From positions 1 through 32,159 of the IMG/VR virus record IMGVR_UViG_3300027759_000282: a DNA stretch of 32,159 nucleotides. One strand, written 5' to 3'. Under the pieces are notes generated by a model, which searched no databases, had not been told where the DNA came from, and was given only the letters and a program-made list of their open reading frames with translations. Below are positions 8,527 to 19,027 of the stretch, one piece after another (position 1 is the first letter of the stretch; each line of letters opens with the position of its first letter). Source of the stretch: a virus (lineage: Duplodnaviria > Caudoviricetes). Both the position numbers and the translations under genes were made by a program.

Positions 8527-10335
8527 TTATTTCGGGGGAGCAAGTAAAGACGCAAGGAATGTGGAGTTTGCAAGGCCGCTTGTGCCCCCCGCAAGCGCTT
8601 GGGCTTTACCAACTGCTGCCGCTGCTTGTGCGTTAGCCAATGCGGTTTGCAGATCAGTTGTGCCTTTGCCGTAAGACGTTCCAGCAGCCTGTGCGCCAGT
8701 GTTTGCGGTTTGACCCATTCCCGCCAATCCTGACAAATTTTGGTAAATGTTTTGACGTTGATTTTGGTAATTTGTAAACGCATTTTGATAGGCGTTTCCT
8801 GCATAGTCTTGCGTGTACTTATTCAAGCCTTGCAACGTATTGCCCGACAACGCACCACCGCCAACGTTTGCAGCACGTTGGTTTGCCATCTGCCCTTGTT
8901 GGAGCATAAAGTCATAGTTAGGCGCTAACCCTTTGGCTAAGTCTGAGGCATCAAATTGGTGCTGCAAATAGCCAGAGCCTGTGCCCATTGTTGTGGGCAG
9001 TCCTGTAACGGGGTCGTATTGCTGATACTGACCCGTCCCAAGCGCACCAAGTTGACTTAGGGCATTAGTTCCAGTTGTTTGATAAGGCTTTTGAAACCCT
9101 AGTTGCTGGTTGTAAATGTCTTTCAGTACGCCTTGCGAGGCTGTATTTGCTGCGGTTGTAGCGTCCAATCCAGTGTTGATTGCGCTGGTTAGGTTTGCAG
9201 CATTGCCTGCGCCTACTGCGCCTGACAACAAGGCCGCAAGTTGCGTTCCACTAAGGCCGGTTGCATCTGTCAATGATTTTAAAAGACTTGAGCCACCACC
9301 TGCGGCAGCGGCGGCATCTGCTGCGGCCTTTGCATCAGCGGCAACCTTGGCTTTAGCGGCAGCATCAGCAGTTCCCGCAGCAGCAGCGGCATCAGCGGCG
9401 GCTTTTGCATCAGCGGCGGCTTTTGCAGCGGCATCAGCACCAGAAATAACACCTTCGCCTCCAACCAATGTTCCTGTGCCGCCTGCTCCGGTAACACCTC
9501 CAGCGCCAACAGTACCACCTCCAGCACCGGCAGTAGTTAAACCCGTGCCTCCACCCATTGATGAAAGACCAGTGCCGCCTGCGGTTAAAGAACTGCCAGC
9601 ATCGCCGCCAAGGTTTGACAATGCAGTTAATCCAGTTCCACCACCCATACCCGCAACGCCGACTCCTCCGGCTGTTAATGCGTCACCAGCAAGTCCACCA
9701 GTATTTAATGCAGCAATTAATCCTGTACCGCCGCCCATTCCAGCAACACCTGCACCGCCAGTGGTTAAACCTGCGCCAGTTAAGTCTGCACCAGTTGCAC
9801 CCAACGTGCCGGTCAATCCTGTACCGCCGCCCATTGACGAAAGACCAGTTCCTGATGTTAGACCACCTCCAGTAACAACATCAGTACCAGCGCCGCTTAA
9901 CACATCACCAGCGCCTGCGCCAAATTCACCGCCTCCTGCGCCAAACAAATCACTAGCAGCAGGGCCAAACAAATCATTGAGGGCGGGGCCAAGGAAGTTA
10001 GCGCCAATCATTGACAACCCAATTGGAGCAAGCGTTTTGATTGCTTCGCCAAGGTTGCCACGGTTTACCAAGTTGGTAGGAGTTCCAGCCAAGTCAAGAT
10101 ACTGATATTGGCTTTTTCCGTTATCGTAACGATACCCAATAGGGGCCGCACTGGTGTCAGGCTCTTGATTGCCACCATGAACGGTGCGCATTGGATACAC
10201 CGGCTCTACGTCCGTTCCAATGGTTTGACGAGCGTTCTTTACCCAAGAAGGCGTGACAAAATCTGCCGCACTTATGGTTTTTGGAGTTACTACTTGCGCA
10301 GTAATTGGCGCTACAAAATCAGAACTTCTAGGCAT
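8527..10335 (-). CDS. DNA-ejection protein (P22 gp7-like C-terminal half) with long Gly/Ala-rich extension
   Basis: C-terminal PY...G-NAL, P-Y-F---QG, GG-LSG-TL--L--Y-Q-YA and Y-NL-GLAGMG motifs are typical of gp7-like transfer proteins. Confidence 0.7.
   Translation of the reverse strand: MPRSSDFVAPITAQVVTPKTISAADFVTPSWVKNARQTIGTDVEPVYPMRTVHGGNQEPDTSAAPIGYRYDNGKSQYQYLDLAGTPTNLVNRGNLGEAIKTLAPIGLSMIGANFLGPALNDLFGPAASDLFGAGGGEFGAGAGDVLSGAGTDVVTGGGLTSGTGLSSMGGGTGLTGTLGATGADLTGAGLTTGGAGVAGMGGGTGLIAALNTGGLAGDALTAGGVGVAGMGGGTGLTALSNLGGDAGSSLTAGGTGLSSMGGGTGLTTAGAGGGTVGAGGVTGAGGTGTLVGGEGVISGADAAAKAAADAKAAADAAAAAGTADAAAKAKVAADAKAAADAAAAAGGGSSLLKSLTDATGLSGTQLAALLSGAVGAGNAANLTSAINTGLDATTAANTASQGVLKDIYNQQLGFQKPYQTTGTNALSQLGALGTGQYQQYDPVTGLPTTMGTGSGYLQHQFDASDLAKGLAPNYDFMLQQGQMANQRAANVGGGALSGNTLQGLNKYTQDYAGNAYQNAFTNYQNQRQNIYQNLSGLAGMGQTANTGAQAAGTSYGKGTTDLQTALANAQAAAAVGKAQALAGGTSGLANSTFLASLLAPPK
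9300..9860 (-). repeat. Low-complexity coding repeats: four MGGGTGL units and an (ADAAAK/ADAKAA) Ala tract
   Basis: Visible DNA repeats such as TCCTGTACCGCCGCCCATT at about 9721 and 9818, and CCCATTGA(T/C)GAAAGACCAGT at about 9555 and 9830. Confidence 0.85.
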
Positions 10336-10345
10336 TTTCTTGTCC

Positions 10346-10576
10346 TTACACGTTGTAGTACGGAATTTTATAAGCGTTGCCGTTAACGGTCACGTTTATA
10401 AATCCGACTGGGTTGGCGGGCAAGGTTGCTGAACCTGCGGTTGCCGTGGTTGCGCTTGAAAAATTAAGCAAATTGAGAAAAAACTGTTGCCACGCTCGAG
10501 TTGGGCGTTTTGTGTTCGCGTCCAAAAACTCCGACTGAGGATACGGATTAATTTGTTGCGTATTGGAAAGCGCCAT
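10346..10576 (-). CDS. Small virion protein (position of P22 gp26 tail needle/plug)
   Basis: 76 aa, coupled to gp10 by a TAATG overlap; function from synteny only. Confidence 0.55.
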   Translation of the reverse strand: MALSNTQQINPYPQSEFLDANTKRPTRAWQQFFLNLLNFSSATTATAGSATLPANPVGFINVTVNGNAYKIPYYNV

Positions 10577-12573
10577 TAATTTTCTCCAGCCGATGATTTA
10601 AGGTTGGCAGACACAATCACAGCGTTCACAGGGTCAGAGATTGACACCTCAAACACTCGATCACGGGCCATGCCCAAACGCCGCCAAATCGCACGATTCT
10701 TGAACCGGCCCAATTGTCCGATGCTGACCCAATACTCTTTTGACCAAGTAGAACCACCATCATTAGACCAGCGCAGCATAGCCTTGGGGTTAGTTGTTGT
10801 AACCGTGGAATCAAAAGGGATTGAATCGCCAATAATGTCCTGCTGGTCAAACGGTATTGTCAGAATTGCCGTACTTGTGATTGTGTAAGGCGTTTGCAAC
10901 AATATTGTGCGCGAATACAAAATCTGCGGGACAAACAAGCCTGTAGTTCCAACGCCAGGTTGAAACTGGATTTGCAGTTCGTCAAAGTATTGGCGCTGAA
11001 AGTCGGTCACCAAATGAGGCGCACGGCGCAATCTGCGCACGTTTGTGCCGTTGTCGGTGTAGTTCTGTTTGCTCAAGGAATAGATTTTTCCGTTGGAGTA
11101 ATCGCCAACTAAAACCAAACCTTGGAACGATGCAGAGCAATTGCTCCAATGCCGCATATAAGTGCCATCAGAGGCCATGCCGAGCCATTTGTGCCACATG
11201 GTTGTGGTTGCGTCATAAGCCCATGTCAGATTCAAAGTCGGAAATGTCGTAACGTAGATTTCGTGCCCTTCCAATTGGTAGGTGTACGAAATAGCATCAT
11301 CTATGTATTGATTCGTTAAGGTATTCTCCACCGCATGGGTTGAAATCCTTTGTGGGATATACCCTTGCATTTGCATGATCTGCGCTTGTCCGCGATTGTT
11401 GCGGGAAACGTAGGCAAATGAATTGCCAAGGCGGGCGACAGAGAATTGGGCAGCAATACCGTGCTGGGTGGACGTTCCAGGAATACGCTGGAAAGGGAAG
11501 GGAACTGCGCCCACATCCGTCCAAACTTCGGAGGATGCCTCACCCATCAAATAAACTTCGCGGTGGTCAACAATCAAGGCCACCAATTTATCGGGCGCAC
11601 CATCTTTGAGCGCGTAAGATGTGGACGTGGAAATTGGGCTTAATAGATTAGACGATCCCCATTGTTGTGTGCCTGGGTTGTTGTAGACGAAATAATTGTC
11701 CACAATGTCCACTGATGTGCCGCCACTAAACGCACCATCAGAACTTGGCAAAACGCTGAAATTCAGCGCATACATGGTTATGCCGGTCACAATGGTGTGC
11801 GCCGTGCTGATTGTATAAGTGCCTGTCGCACCCGAGCCTGTGCCCAATGCGGTGATGATTGTCCCAACGGTAAGACCTACACCTTGGATTGTTTGACCAA
11901 GGTAAATTGTGCCGCTTGCTACTGCGGACACGGTAAGGGTTGTTCCTGCAATAGTCGCCGTAAACCGAGCGCCAACCGCAGCAGAAGTCATTGTTTCTGC
12001 TGCTACGGTTTGGGAAAGATTGATGGTGTAAGTGCCTGTTCCACCTGTACCCGTGCCCAAGGCGGTAATCACAGTCTCTGCCGTGATGCCGATGCCGGTC
12101 AAAGATTGATGAGCCGTAATTGTTCCGCTACTTACTTGGGTAACCGTTAGGGTTGTGCCGCTAATAGAACCCGTGAAAACGGCGTTTGCGGGGCTGGAAA
12201 TGCGCCATGTGTACCGATAGACCCCATCCACAATGTAAGCGTTTATTCCGTTGTCAGAGATGCCAACACGCCCCGAGGACGAATTGAGAATGCCGACCAC
12301 GGTAGCCGACAGGTTTGAAGTAAAGACGTAAACGTAGGAGCCGCAGACCGCAACCATTTGGCTACCGCCTGACAAGGTACGCAAGCCGCGCACTTCGGCA
12401 TTGTTTAGCACCGCCTCTAGGGTTAACCCTGGGGTCGGATAAAGCGCAACAACGCCCCGAACGCCGCCTTCTTTTAACGGGTCAATTTCGGGGAAAAAGT
12501 TGATGCACTCCTGCGATTCTTGATAAATCGAGGGCGCTTCGTAACTTGGGCCGACAAATCCGAATTCGGGCAT
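10576..12573 (-). CDS. P22 gp10-like packaged-DNA stabilisation/tail hub protein
   Basis: LYPTPGL, SDNG, G-PD-LVA, E-W-DVG...[46 protein letters not shown]. Confidence 0.9.
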   Translation of the reverse strand: MPEFGFVGPSYEAPSIYQESQECINFFPEIDPLKEGGVRGVVALYPTPGLTLEAVLNNAEVRGLRTLSGGSQMVAVCGSYVYVFTSNLSATVVGILNSSSGRVGISDNGINAYIVDGVYRYTWRISSPANAVFTGSISGTTLTVTQVSSGTITAHQSLTGIGITAETVITALGTGTGGTGTYTINLSQTVAAETMTSAAVGARFTATIAGTTLTVSAVASGTIYLGQTIQGVGLTVGTIITALGTGSGATGTYTISTAHTIVTGITMYALNFSVLPSSDGAFSGGTSVDIVDNYFVYNNPGTQQWGSSNLLSPISTSTSYALKDGAPDKLVALIVDHREVYLMGEASSEVWTDVGAVPFPFQRIPGTSTQHGIAAQFSVARLGNSFAYVSRNNRGQAQIMQMQGYIPQRISTHAVENTLTNQYIDDAISYTYQLEGHEIYVTTFPTLNLTWAYDATTTMWHKWLGMASDGTYMRHWSNCSASFQGLVLVGDYSNGKIYSLSKQNYTDNGTNVRRLRRAPHLVTDFQRQYFDELQIQFQPGVGTTGLFVPQILYSRTILLQTPYTITSTAILTIPFDQQDIIGDSIPFDSTVTTTNPKAMLRWSNDGGSTWSKEYWVSIGQLGRFKNRAIWRRLGMARDRVFEVSISDPVNAVIVSANLKSSAGEN

Positions 12574-12582
12574 GACAGTCCT

Positions 12583-13554
12583 TTAACGCAAAAAGCCGCC
12601 GGTCAAAATCCAGCCGGCATCTTTAGAACGTCCGGTAAGTAGTGCATCCTGATAGCGCGAAACCATTTGCGGGCGCATATTAGTGCGTTTAATGGTCGCT
12701 TTAGCCTCGCCTGCAAACTTGGAAATCATGCCAATTTGCACGGGGCTGGCTTTGCCATACATAGGCATTAGACGTTCTGCAAGACACCAGCGCAGCGCAT
12801 TAACGTAGCCTTGCGGAATTCGCATGATGTCGTACATTGTGGTAAATCGTGCAAAAATGGTGTCCGTAAACAAGTGCATTTCACCTTGGGACGGATTGGG
12901 CCAAACGCTCAGATTTCCCAATGTGTCGCCAGGGTTGTAGTACAAAGCCTTGGGCCACGGGCCGTTAAGGGTCTTGAGGCCGATCAAAGAATAGTCGTCA
13001 AGGGTCAGCACCGCCACGGGGTAGTCAAGGCCACCGCCAAGGATGGGTTGACCGTTGGATGTGGTGTTAATCCGCACAAATGCAGAGTTGACGCGCAAAG
13101 GCTTTTGGTAAAAACCTGAGATTGTGGTGCTTGCCACGGTCTGCGGGATGTTTACTTGATACGTTCCCGCTTCCAAAATATCACCACCAGAACCACCGAT
13201 AAACGACACAATGGTTGTTCCAGGGGTGATTCCTGTGCCGGTCAGGGTTTGGTTTAGCGTAACAGCGCCCGAGGCAATAGCGGTTACCGTCAAGATGTTG
13301 CCAGAGATTGAGCCGGTAAAACTTGCGCCTATTGTCCCGCCTGGGCCGATGGTGTATTGGATTTGTCCACTTGTCACGGGGAAAATGATTTCCGTGAAGT
13401 TGTAGACCATCATATCTTCGTTAGACCATTGATCTAACATATCGTTGAGCATATCAAACGCATCCTGCGCCGCATCAGGCGTAGGCGTTTCGCCGGCCTC
13501 TAATGCTCCGATGTCTTTTAATGCTCTTGATACTATGTCGATTGGCTGTGCCAT
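12583..13554 (-). CDS. P22 gp4-like head-to-tail adaptor
   Basis: GGAG SD before ATG 13554. DIV-RAL--IG-L--GE-P...D-LNDML-QW and P-GY--AL-W-LA-RL-P-YG motifs. Confidence 0.82.
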   Translation of the reverse strand: MAQPIDIVSRALKDIGALEAGETPTPDAAQDAFDMLNDMLDQWSNEDMMVYNFTEIIFPVTSGQIQYTIGPGGTIGASFTGSISGNILTVTAIASGAVTLNQTLTGTGITPGTTIVSFIGGSGGDILEAGTYQVNIPQTVASTTISGFYQKPLRVNSAFVRINTTSNGQPILGGGLDYPVAVLTLDDYSLIGLKTLNGPWPKALYYNPGDTLGNLSVWPNPSQGEMHLFTDTIFARFTTMYDIMRIPQGYVNALRWCLAERLMPMYGKASPVQIGMISKFAGEAKATIKRTNMRPQMVSRYQDALLTGRSKDAGWILTGGFLR

Positions 13555-13868
13555 TGCTGCTCCAAGGTAAACACAGGCGGTTTCCACGGAGGCACAACAG
13601 ATTTCGACTTACTGAGAAGCGCCAATTGTTCCTCTAGCCGTGATTCTATTACATTTTGCCCAAATTGCGTAGCACCGTCTTTGATCCATGAAATCACCTG
13701 TTTTTCGGTAACTTCGGCGTATGGAGTGGTCGGATTGAACCGATCAAACTCCCAAATTCCTTCTGTTTCTACTTCATTTGTCTCATCCGTAGCCAAAACG
13801 TGATACTTGGCGCGGGTAATTACTTTTCCCTCAACTGATATATCTAGGATTTTCCAACTGGTAATCAC
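13533..13868 (-). CDS. Small acidic tail-associated protein (possible fibre chaperone)
   Basis: [13 protein letters not shown] ... PPW pattern; follows a Gly-rich fibre gene. Confidence 0.55.
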   Translation of the reverse strand: MITSWKILDISVEGKVITRAKYHVLATDETNEVETEGIWEFDRFNPTTPYAEVTEKQVISWIKDGATQFGQNVIESRLEEQLALLSKSKSVVPPWKPPVFTLEQQWHSQST

Positions 13869-14665
13869 AATGTGATAGACCCTGATGATGTAAATTGGTA
13901 AACATTTAATGAACCGACTTTGGTAACTGTTGGGCTTCCTGTGGTTGCAGAAGCAGCCTTATTTGTCCTAATAATGACAATTCCCTGTTTACCGTCGTTA
14001 CCAGTAGTTCCAGTAGTATCCGCTTGAGCGCCGCCACCATAACCAAGGACACCAAGGCCATCAGCGCCAAAACTAACTGTCCCGCTTCCACCGCCTGCGC
14101 CAGAATAATAAACCGCAGTTCCTGTGATCCCATAAGGTAGGCCATTGCCACCAGCCCCGCCTACGCCGTAAACGCTAGATGTTGCGCCTGCCGATCCTGC
14201 ACCGCCACCACCGCCTGCGCTTGTGTTTGTTGAGTCAAAGTTTCCACCGCCGCCCGCATTGCCTGTTCCGTTTCCTGCGCCGCCATTTGAGGGAGTCGCA
14301 AACGATCCCCAAGAGCCTGCACCACCAGAACCATTTGATGCGTTACCAGCCAATCCATTTCCGCTACCAGTATATCCACCGCCTCCACCACCGCCTGCGG
14401 TCAATGAAAAAGCAGAGGATGAACTACCGCTAGTAGGAGTGCCGACCCCCGAACCGCCACCTCCAACGGTAATTGTGTACGTTCCTGATGATGGGGCCAA
14501 AGAATCAGAATAAATAATGCCACCGGCTCCACCTGGCGCAGAACCAGTTGCGCTTAAACGTGAACTTCCACCTCCACCGCCAACAATTAAAACGGAAAAG
14601 TTAGGGCCGGTTGTAAACCCATAACTATGCGGGCTTAAAAGACCAGTTGCGGCAAGGAGTGGCAT
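13865..14665 (-). CDS. Glycine-rich-domain virion protein (adhesin-like)
   Basis: LIVGGGGG, Y-ITVG-GG, GGGGGAG, YYSGAGGG and G-VII motifs; 266 aa. Confidence 0.75.
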   Translation of the reverse strand: MPLLAATGLLSPHSYGFTTGPNFSVLIVGGGGGSSRLSATGSAPGGAGGIIYSDSLAPSSGTYTITVGGGGSGVGTPTSGSSSSAFSLTAGGGGGGGYTGSGNGLAGNASNGSGGAGSWGSFATPSNGGAGNGTGNAGGGGNFDSTNTSAGGGGGAGSAGATSSVYGVGGAGGNGLPYGITGTAVYYSGAGGGSGTVSFGADGLGVLGYGGGAQADTTGTTGNDGKQGIVIIRTNKAASATTGSPTVTKVGSLNVYQFTSSGSITL

Positions 14666-14667
14666 GA

Positions 14668-15294
14668 TTATGCAAACCTTGTGATTGATTCCAAAACCGT
14701 ATAAGTCGCCGATGCAGTCTTAATAATTGCAACGCTATACACATCAAGGCCGCTTGCGTTTCCATTAACAGGAGCACTTCCATTTTGCCATTTAGGTGTG
14801 ATGGTTGTTCCGTCAATCTTGAACACGTTTTGATAGTAGGCGGTTGCTCCTTGCGTAGCAATAAACACGATGGTCAAAGCCTGTCCAACAGACATTAGGC
14901 TATTCAATGATGTAGAACTGTTCCCGCGAACGTTAAGCGTCCAGTTTCCCGAGGCGTTTGTTGTGTAATACAAAACTGACTGTGTTGTAACGTCAAAGTT
15001 AATTGTTCCAGTTGCTGCGGTGGCAGAAATTGTGGCAACCTCTGCGGCATTTGTCAGAGTTGCGGCAAGGTTTGTGGTTGCACCAACAAAGGATTGCGTA
15101 CCAGTCCAAGTATTTGCGTTTTGGATATACGCACCAGGATTTGTAAAACTAAGTGTTCCACTTCCATTGGTGATAAGCGTTTGACCACTTGTGCCATCAA
15201 AACTTGGAAGCGTAAAGTTTACGGTGGACGAGATGTTAGGGCCAAGAAGGTTGACTGCGCCACCCGAGGCGGCTTGGAAAGTTAAAGTGCTCAT
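14668..15294 (-). CDS. Tail-fibre-related structural protein
   Basis: ATG 15294 in an ATGA overlap. FTLP--DGTSGQ-L-T-GSG-LSF fibre motif; Thr/Ser-rich beta domain. Confidence 0.7.
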   Translation of the reverse strand: MSTLTFQAASGGAVNLLGPNISSTVNFTLPSFDGTSGQTLITNGSGTLSFTNPGAYIQNANTWTGTQSFVGATTNLAATLTNAAEVATISATAATGTINFDVTTQSVLYYTTNASGNWTLNVRGNSSTSLNSLMSVGQALTIVFIATQGATAYYQNVFKIDGTTITPKWQNGSAPVNGNASGLDVYSVAIIKTASATYTVLESITRFA

Positions 15295-15626
15295 AGTGCT
15301 ACCCAAGAAGTTGTGGCCTCATCCCAAGTATAACGATTGCCGTCATCAGGATAAGGTATTGGAGTATTCCAAAGGCAAGTGTTTTCGTCCAAAGTCCAAG
15401 ACGCAAACGGCTGTGGCGGGATAAACGCATCCCTAGTTATGTCATAAGTAAACCCAATTCCAGCGTAATTTTTTCGCAATGGGTGTCCCTCTGGATGTTG
15501 ACCACCGTAAGTGTTGTAAGACGTTTGCACCCATCCATCGCCAAACGCGCCGGAATCTATTACATCTTGCTCGGCTACGATTACTTGCGTAACAATGCCG
15601 TTTTCAACTTTTGCAAAATGGCTCAT
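15291..15626 (-). CDS. Conserved-type small phage protein associated with Gly-rich fibre genes
   Basis: GAGG SD; MSHFAK...WVQTSYN...RKNYAGIG-TYD---DAFIPPQPF-SW...WDE---SW. Confidence 0.7.
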   Translation of the reverse strand: MSHFAKVENGIVTQVIVAEQDVIDSGAFGDGWVQTSYNTYGGQHPEGHPLRKNYAGIGFTYDITRDAFIPPQPFASWTLDENTCLWNTPIPYPDDGNRYTWDEATTSWVAL

Positions 15627-15634
15627 GGTTTACC

Positions 15635-16591
15635 TCAGAATGTAATTGTCCCGCTGGACGTAAATGTATAAATGGTATTGCCGCCGCTAGTGGTAACAGT
15701 TGGGGAGCCTGTGGTAGATGCAGCCGCTTGTGGAGAAGAAATAATGACCACGCCAGAACCGCCTGCGCCGCCTGTTAAATAAATACCATTGCGTTCTGTA
15801 CCACCACCACCGCCACCAAGATTTGTGCCGCCAGCGCCAGGAGCAACTGATCCATCAGAACCCGCGCCACCACCGCCCGTGCCTCCAGCGCCTGCTGGGT
15901 ATGACAAATACTTAGAACCGCCACCACCACCCGCATAAGTAACAGATGAACCCGTTATAGATGATGCCGTTCCATTTCCACCGTTTCCTGTTCCTGTTCC
16001 ATATCCTGTGCCGCCAGCGCCAGCAGCGCCTGCGCCTCCACCGCCTGCACCCAAATAAGGGGAAGCCTCGTTTGCATTTCCTCCAGCATTTCCTTGGCCA
16101 GAAACTGCTGATCCACCAATTCTTGCAGAACCAGGGCCATTTGATGCGCCGCCACCAGAACCCCCGTCTTTTCCGTATCCAGCAGCCGTGCCAGACGAAT
16201 TTGCAACAGACGTTTGATAATTACCGCCACCACCACCGCCATTGGCTGTTATGCTAGAAAAAACAGAATTTGAACCACTAGTTCCAGCATTAAGGCTTGC
16301 GCCTCCTGCGCCGCCTGCACCTACTGTTACAGTAATTGCAGTACCAAAACTTACAGAAAATCCTGTGGCAGTTAAAAATCCACCAGCACCACCGCCACCG
16401 GCAGCGTAAGTTCCACCACCGCCACCACCACCCGCAACAACAAGGTATTGAACCAATAATTGAACTTTAGGCCATGCAGTCGCCTGCAATCCTTGCGTTA
16501 CCTCATTCAAGCGCCAAATACCAATCGCAGCGGATGACGTATTTGTCGCCGCCGTTGACGAAAGAATTGACCCTTTGTAGCGGGTAGACAT
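15635..16591 (-). CDS. Glycine-rich-domain virion protein (adhesin-like), paralogue of 13865-14665
   Basis: YLVVAGGGGGG, GGGGAGG, TYAGGGGG and GGSGVVII motifs; 318 aa. Confidence 0.78.
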   Translation of the reverse strand: MSTRYKGSILSSTAATNTSSAAIGIWRLNEVTQGLQATAWPKVQLLVQYLVVAGGGGGGGTYAAGGGGAGGFLTATGFSVSFGTAITVTVGAGGAGGASLNAGTSGSNSVFSSITANGGGGGGNYQTSVANSSGTAAGYGKDGGSGGGASNGPGSARIGGSAVSGQGNAGGNANEASPYLGAGGGGAGAAGAGGTGYGTGTGNGGNGTASSITGSSVTYAGGGGGSKYLSYPAGAGGTGGGGAGSDGSVAPGAGGTNLGGGGGGTERNGIYLTGGAGGSGVVIISSPQAAASTTGSPTVTTSGGNTIYTFTSSGTITF

Positions 16592-16962
16592 TAGGTAATC
16601 GCCTCATACGATGCGGTTAATTCAATGGCGTTTGCCGTTCCAACTGTCACCACAATGGATTGGGCCTCACCCAAGTAAAACGCCGTGCTTTTGTCCACAA
16701 CAACGATTGAGGCGTTCACAGGAACTGGGATTTGATAGACGATGCGATAGTTTGTGCCAGCGCCAGCCGCCGCACTATTAATTGCAACAGTCACCGCTGC
16801 AACAGAGCCCGTCACGTTAGCCGCCACGATATTGTCAATTTTGTTAACCGTGTTAGATGCAGGCGTTAACGCAGTCCAAGTGGTTGCCCCTGTGGTGCTA
16901 GGAATAAGGTAAGACGTATTTCCATAAATGGAAGTGACGTTGACGATATTAGGATTTGCCAT
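16591..16962 (-). CDS. Small beta-rich virion protein
   Basis: GAGG SD; MANPNIVNVTSIYG ... SYEAIT; lies between fibre genes. Confidence 0.65.
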   Translation of the reverse strand: MANPNIVNVTSIYGNTSYLIPSTTGATTWTALTPASNTVNKIDNIVAANVTGSVAAVTVAINSAAAGAGTNYRIVYQIPVPVNASIVVVDKSTAFYLGEAQSIVVTVGTANAIELTASYEAIT

Positions 16963-16971
16963 TTTTATTCC

Positions 16972-19026
16972 TCAATAACCAAAGATTAGGCTCATTGCTA
17001 TGGCTTTACCCGTTGTAATGCCTGTTGATGCAACCGTGATTGAACCTGATCCGTTTGTAACTGTTATGCCCGAGCCTGCGGTCAAGGTTGTGCGGGTAAA
17101 CCCTGTGCCGTTTCCAATGTCCAATGCGCCGTTTGCAGGAGTGGATGAAAGGCCCGTTCCACCATTTGCCACGGTTAACGCATTAGTCAAGGTTAAGGAT
17201 GTAACCGCCAAAGTGCCGGTGGAAGGCGTGTATTTGTACTTTGTGGAACTGGTGTATTCCGTGGTTACAACGCCGCTTGTCGCCGTGGAAAATAAAGGAT
17301 AAAGCGCAGTCGCCGTGGTCGTGTCGTCTGAAATCGTAATGCCGGACGTTGGGCTTGACCAAGTTGGAGTACCCGAGCCGCTAGACGTTAATACCTGGCC
17401 AGAAGTACCCGCCGCAGTAAACGCATAAGCCGTACCCGTGCCATACGCCACCGCGCCCGCAGTCGGAGTTGCTGTTGCATTTGTGCCCCCATTCGCAATT
17501 GGCAGCGTTCCGGTCACGCCTGTGGTTAAGGGTAAACCCGTCCCAAAGGTTAGGGTTACAGATGATGGAGTGCCCAAAATAGGCGTTACAAATGTGGGGC
17601 TGGTGGACAATACGACATTGCCCGTTCCGGTGCTTGACGTTACCCCTGTTCCACCCGATGCGACCGGCAACGTGCCTGTGGTTAACGCTGAAGTTGACGT
17701 AGCGTAAACCGCGCCGCCCGATGTAAATGTGGTTAAGCCGGTGCCGCCGTTGGTTGTGTTTAATGTGCCTGCAAGTGTTACTACGCCATTTGTCGCCGAT
17801 GATGGGGTAAACCCTGTCGTTCCTGCGCTAAATGACGTTACCGCCACGCCTGATATGGAAGTCCAAGCAGGCAAGCCAGTAACCACCGACAAGATTTGGC
17901 CCGATGTTCCGATGCCAAGCATGGCAGTCGTACTTGATGCCGATTGATATGGAACTGAACCCGCTGCACCGCCTGCAAGGTTTGTCGCGGTGGTCGCGGT
18001 GGTCGCCGTTGTTGCGGTTGTGGCAGTTGTTGCGGTAGCCGCATTGCCTCCAATGGATAAACCGCTTGCAGTGCCCGTTAAACTTGTTCCAGGGCCGCTA
18101 AATTCAGTTGAGGCGGTGATAGTGCTACCACCGACTGTAGAGCCGCTAATCGGCGTTCCTGTGATTGACCCGCCCGTAATTGCGACATTGTTTGCGTTTT
18201 GAGTGGACATTGTGCCCAACCCCGAAACTTGCGTGTTTGCAATGGCAATCGTAGTGTTTGTCGCGCTGGTGATCTGCCCTTGAGCGTTTACCGCTACAAC
18301 AGGAACAATTGAAGCAGAACCATAGGTTGCCGCCGTAACTCCAGTGTTGGTAATGGAAAAAGTGTTTCCAGCAAGGGTTAACCCTGTGCCTGCGGTGTAC
18401 GAACCAGCGGAATTAAATTGCGTCCACGTTATTGCGGTAACGCCAATTGTGCCGGTCTTGCTTGAAGTGCAGACCCATCCGGTTGTGGCCTGGCTTCCGT
18501 AAAGAACAAGGGTATATGCGCCTTGAACTTCTGACCATGTATCCATTTGCGGGGAACGTGTCCACGCTGTTGCCGATACAACATAAAGGCCATTTTCAGC
18601 GGCAGCACCTTGATTTTTTACTAAAACCAAGTCTCCAGCAACAAGGGAAACGGTGTCAATTGTCTGAAGTCCTGACAACGTGATGTTTATGGTTGTACCC
18701 GCTTGGCAGGCGTTTTTAGGATTTAACCCTTGAACAATCGCATCAGCGTATGCTTTGTTGACAATATCGTTTGCGCTTGCTGGGGCGGTTGAAATCGTGC
18801 CCGTTGTGGTCGCAATATTGGTAAACACGCCGGTTGAAGGCGTTGTCGCTCCAATTGTCGTGCTGTTAATCGTGCTGTTTGTGATGTTTAAGCCCGACTG
18901 ATTGGGGCTAATTGTTGCGGAAAATGGCTGACCCTGCCCAATAAACGTATTGAATGTGTTATCCAAATTAAACAGAGCCTGCACGGGCAGGATGTTTTGA
19001 TCTACTGTTTTAGCAGGGTCAGACAT
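16972..19026 (-). CDS. Long tail-fibre protein (Thr/Gly/Ser-rich)
   Basis: NKAY-D, LSGLQTID, LVKNQ----ENG-Y, repeated L-V--GGTG units and G-SGQ-L motifs. Confidence 0.8.
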   Translation of the reverse strand: MSDPAKTVDQNILPVQALFNLDNTFNTFIGQGQPFSATISPNQSGLNITNSTINSTTIGATTPSTGVFTNIATTTGTISTAPASANDIVNKAYADAIVQGLNPKNACQAGTTINITLSGLQTIDTVSLVAGDLVLVKNQGAAAENGLYVVSATAWTRSPQMDTWSEVQGAYTLVLYGSQATTGWVCTSSKTGTIGVTAITWTQFNSAGSYTAGTGLTLAGNTFSITNTGVTAATYGSASIVPVVAVNAQGQITSATNTTIAIANTQVSGLGTMSTQNANNVAITGGSITGTPISGSTVGGSTITASTEFSGPGTSLTGTASGLSIGGNAATATTATTATTATTATTATNLAGGAAGSVPYQSASSTTAMLGIGTSGQILSVVTGLPAWTSISGVAVTSFSAGTTGFTPSSATNGVVTLAGTLNTTNGGTGLTTFTSGGAVYATSTSALTTGTLPVASGGTGVTSSTGTGNVVLSTSPTFVTPILGTPSSVTLTFGTGLPLTTGVTGTLPIANGGTNATATPTAGAVAYGTGTAYAFTAAGTSGQVLTSSGSGTPTWSSPTSGITISDDTTTATALYPLFSTATSGVVTTEYTSSTKYKYTPSTGTLAVTSLTLTNALTVANGGTGLSSTPANGALDIGNGTGFTRTTLTAGSGITVTNGSGSITVASTGITTGKAIAMSLIFGY

Positions 19027-19027
19027 A

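Noticed and set aside
9116-10105. 329-aa Pro/Ala-rich plus-strand ORF
   Set aside because: Antisense shadow of the Gly/Ala-rich repeat region; Gly codons read as Pro on the other strand and stops are depleted.
13865-16591. Diversity-generating retroelement acting on the paralogous Gly-rich genes
   Set aside because: No reverse transcriptase in the window, and the shared C-termini differ at all base types rather than only at adenines.
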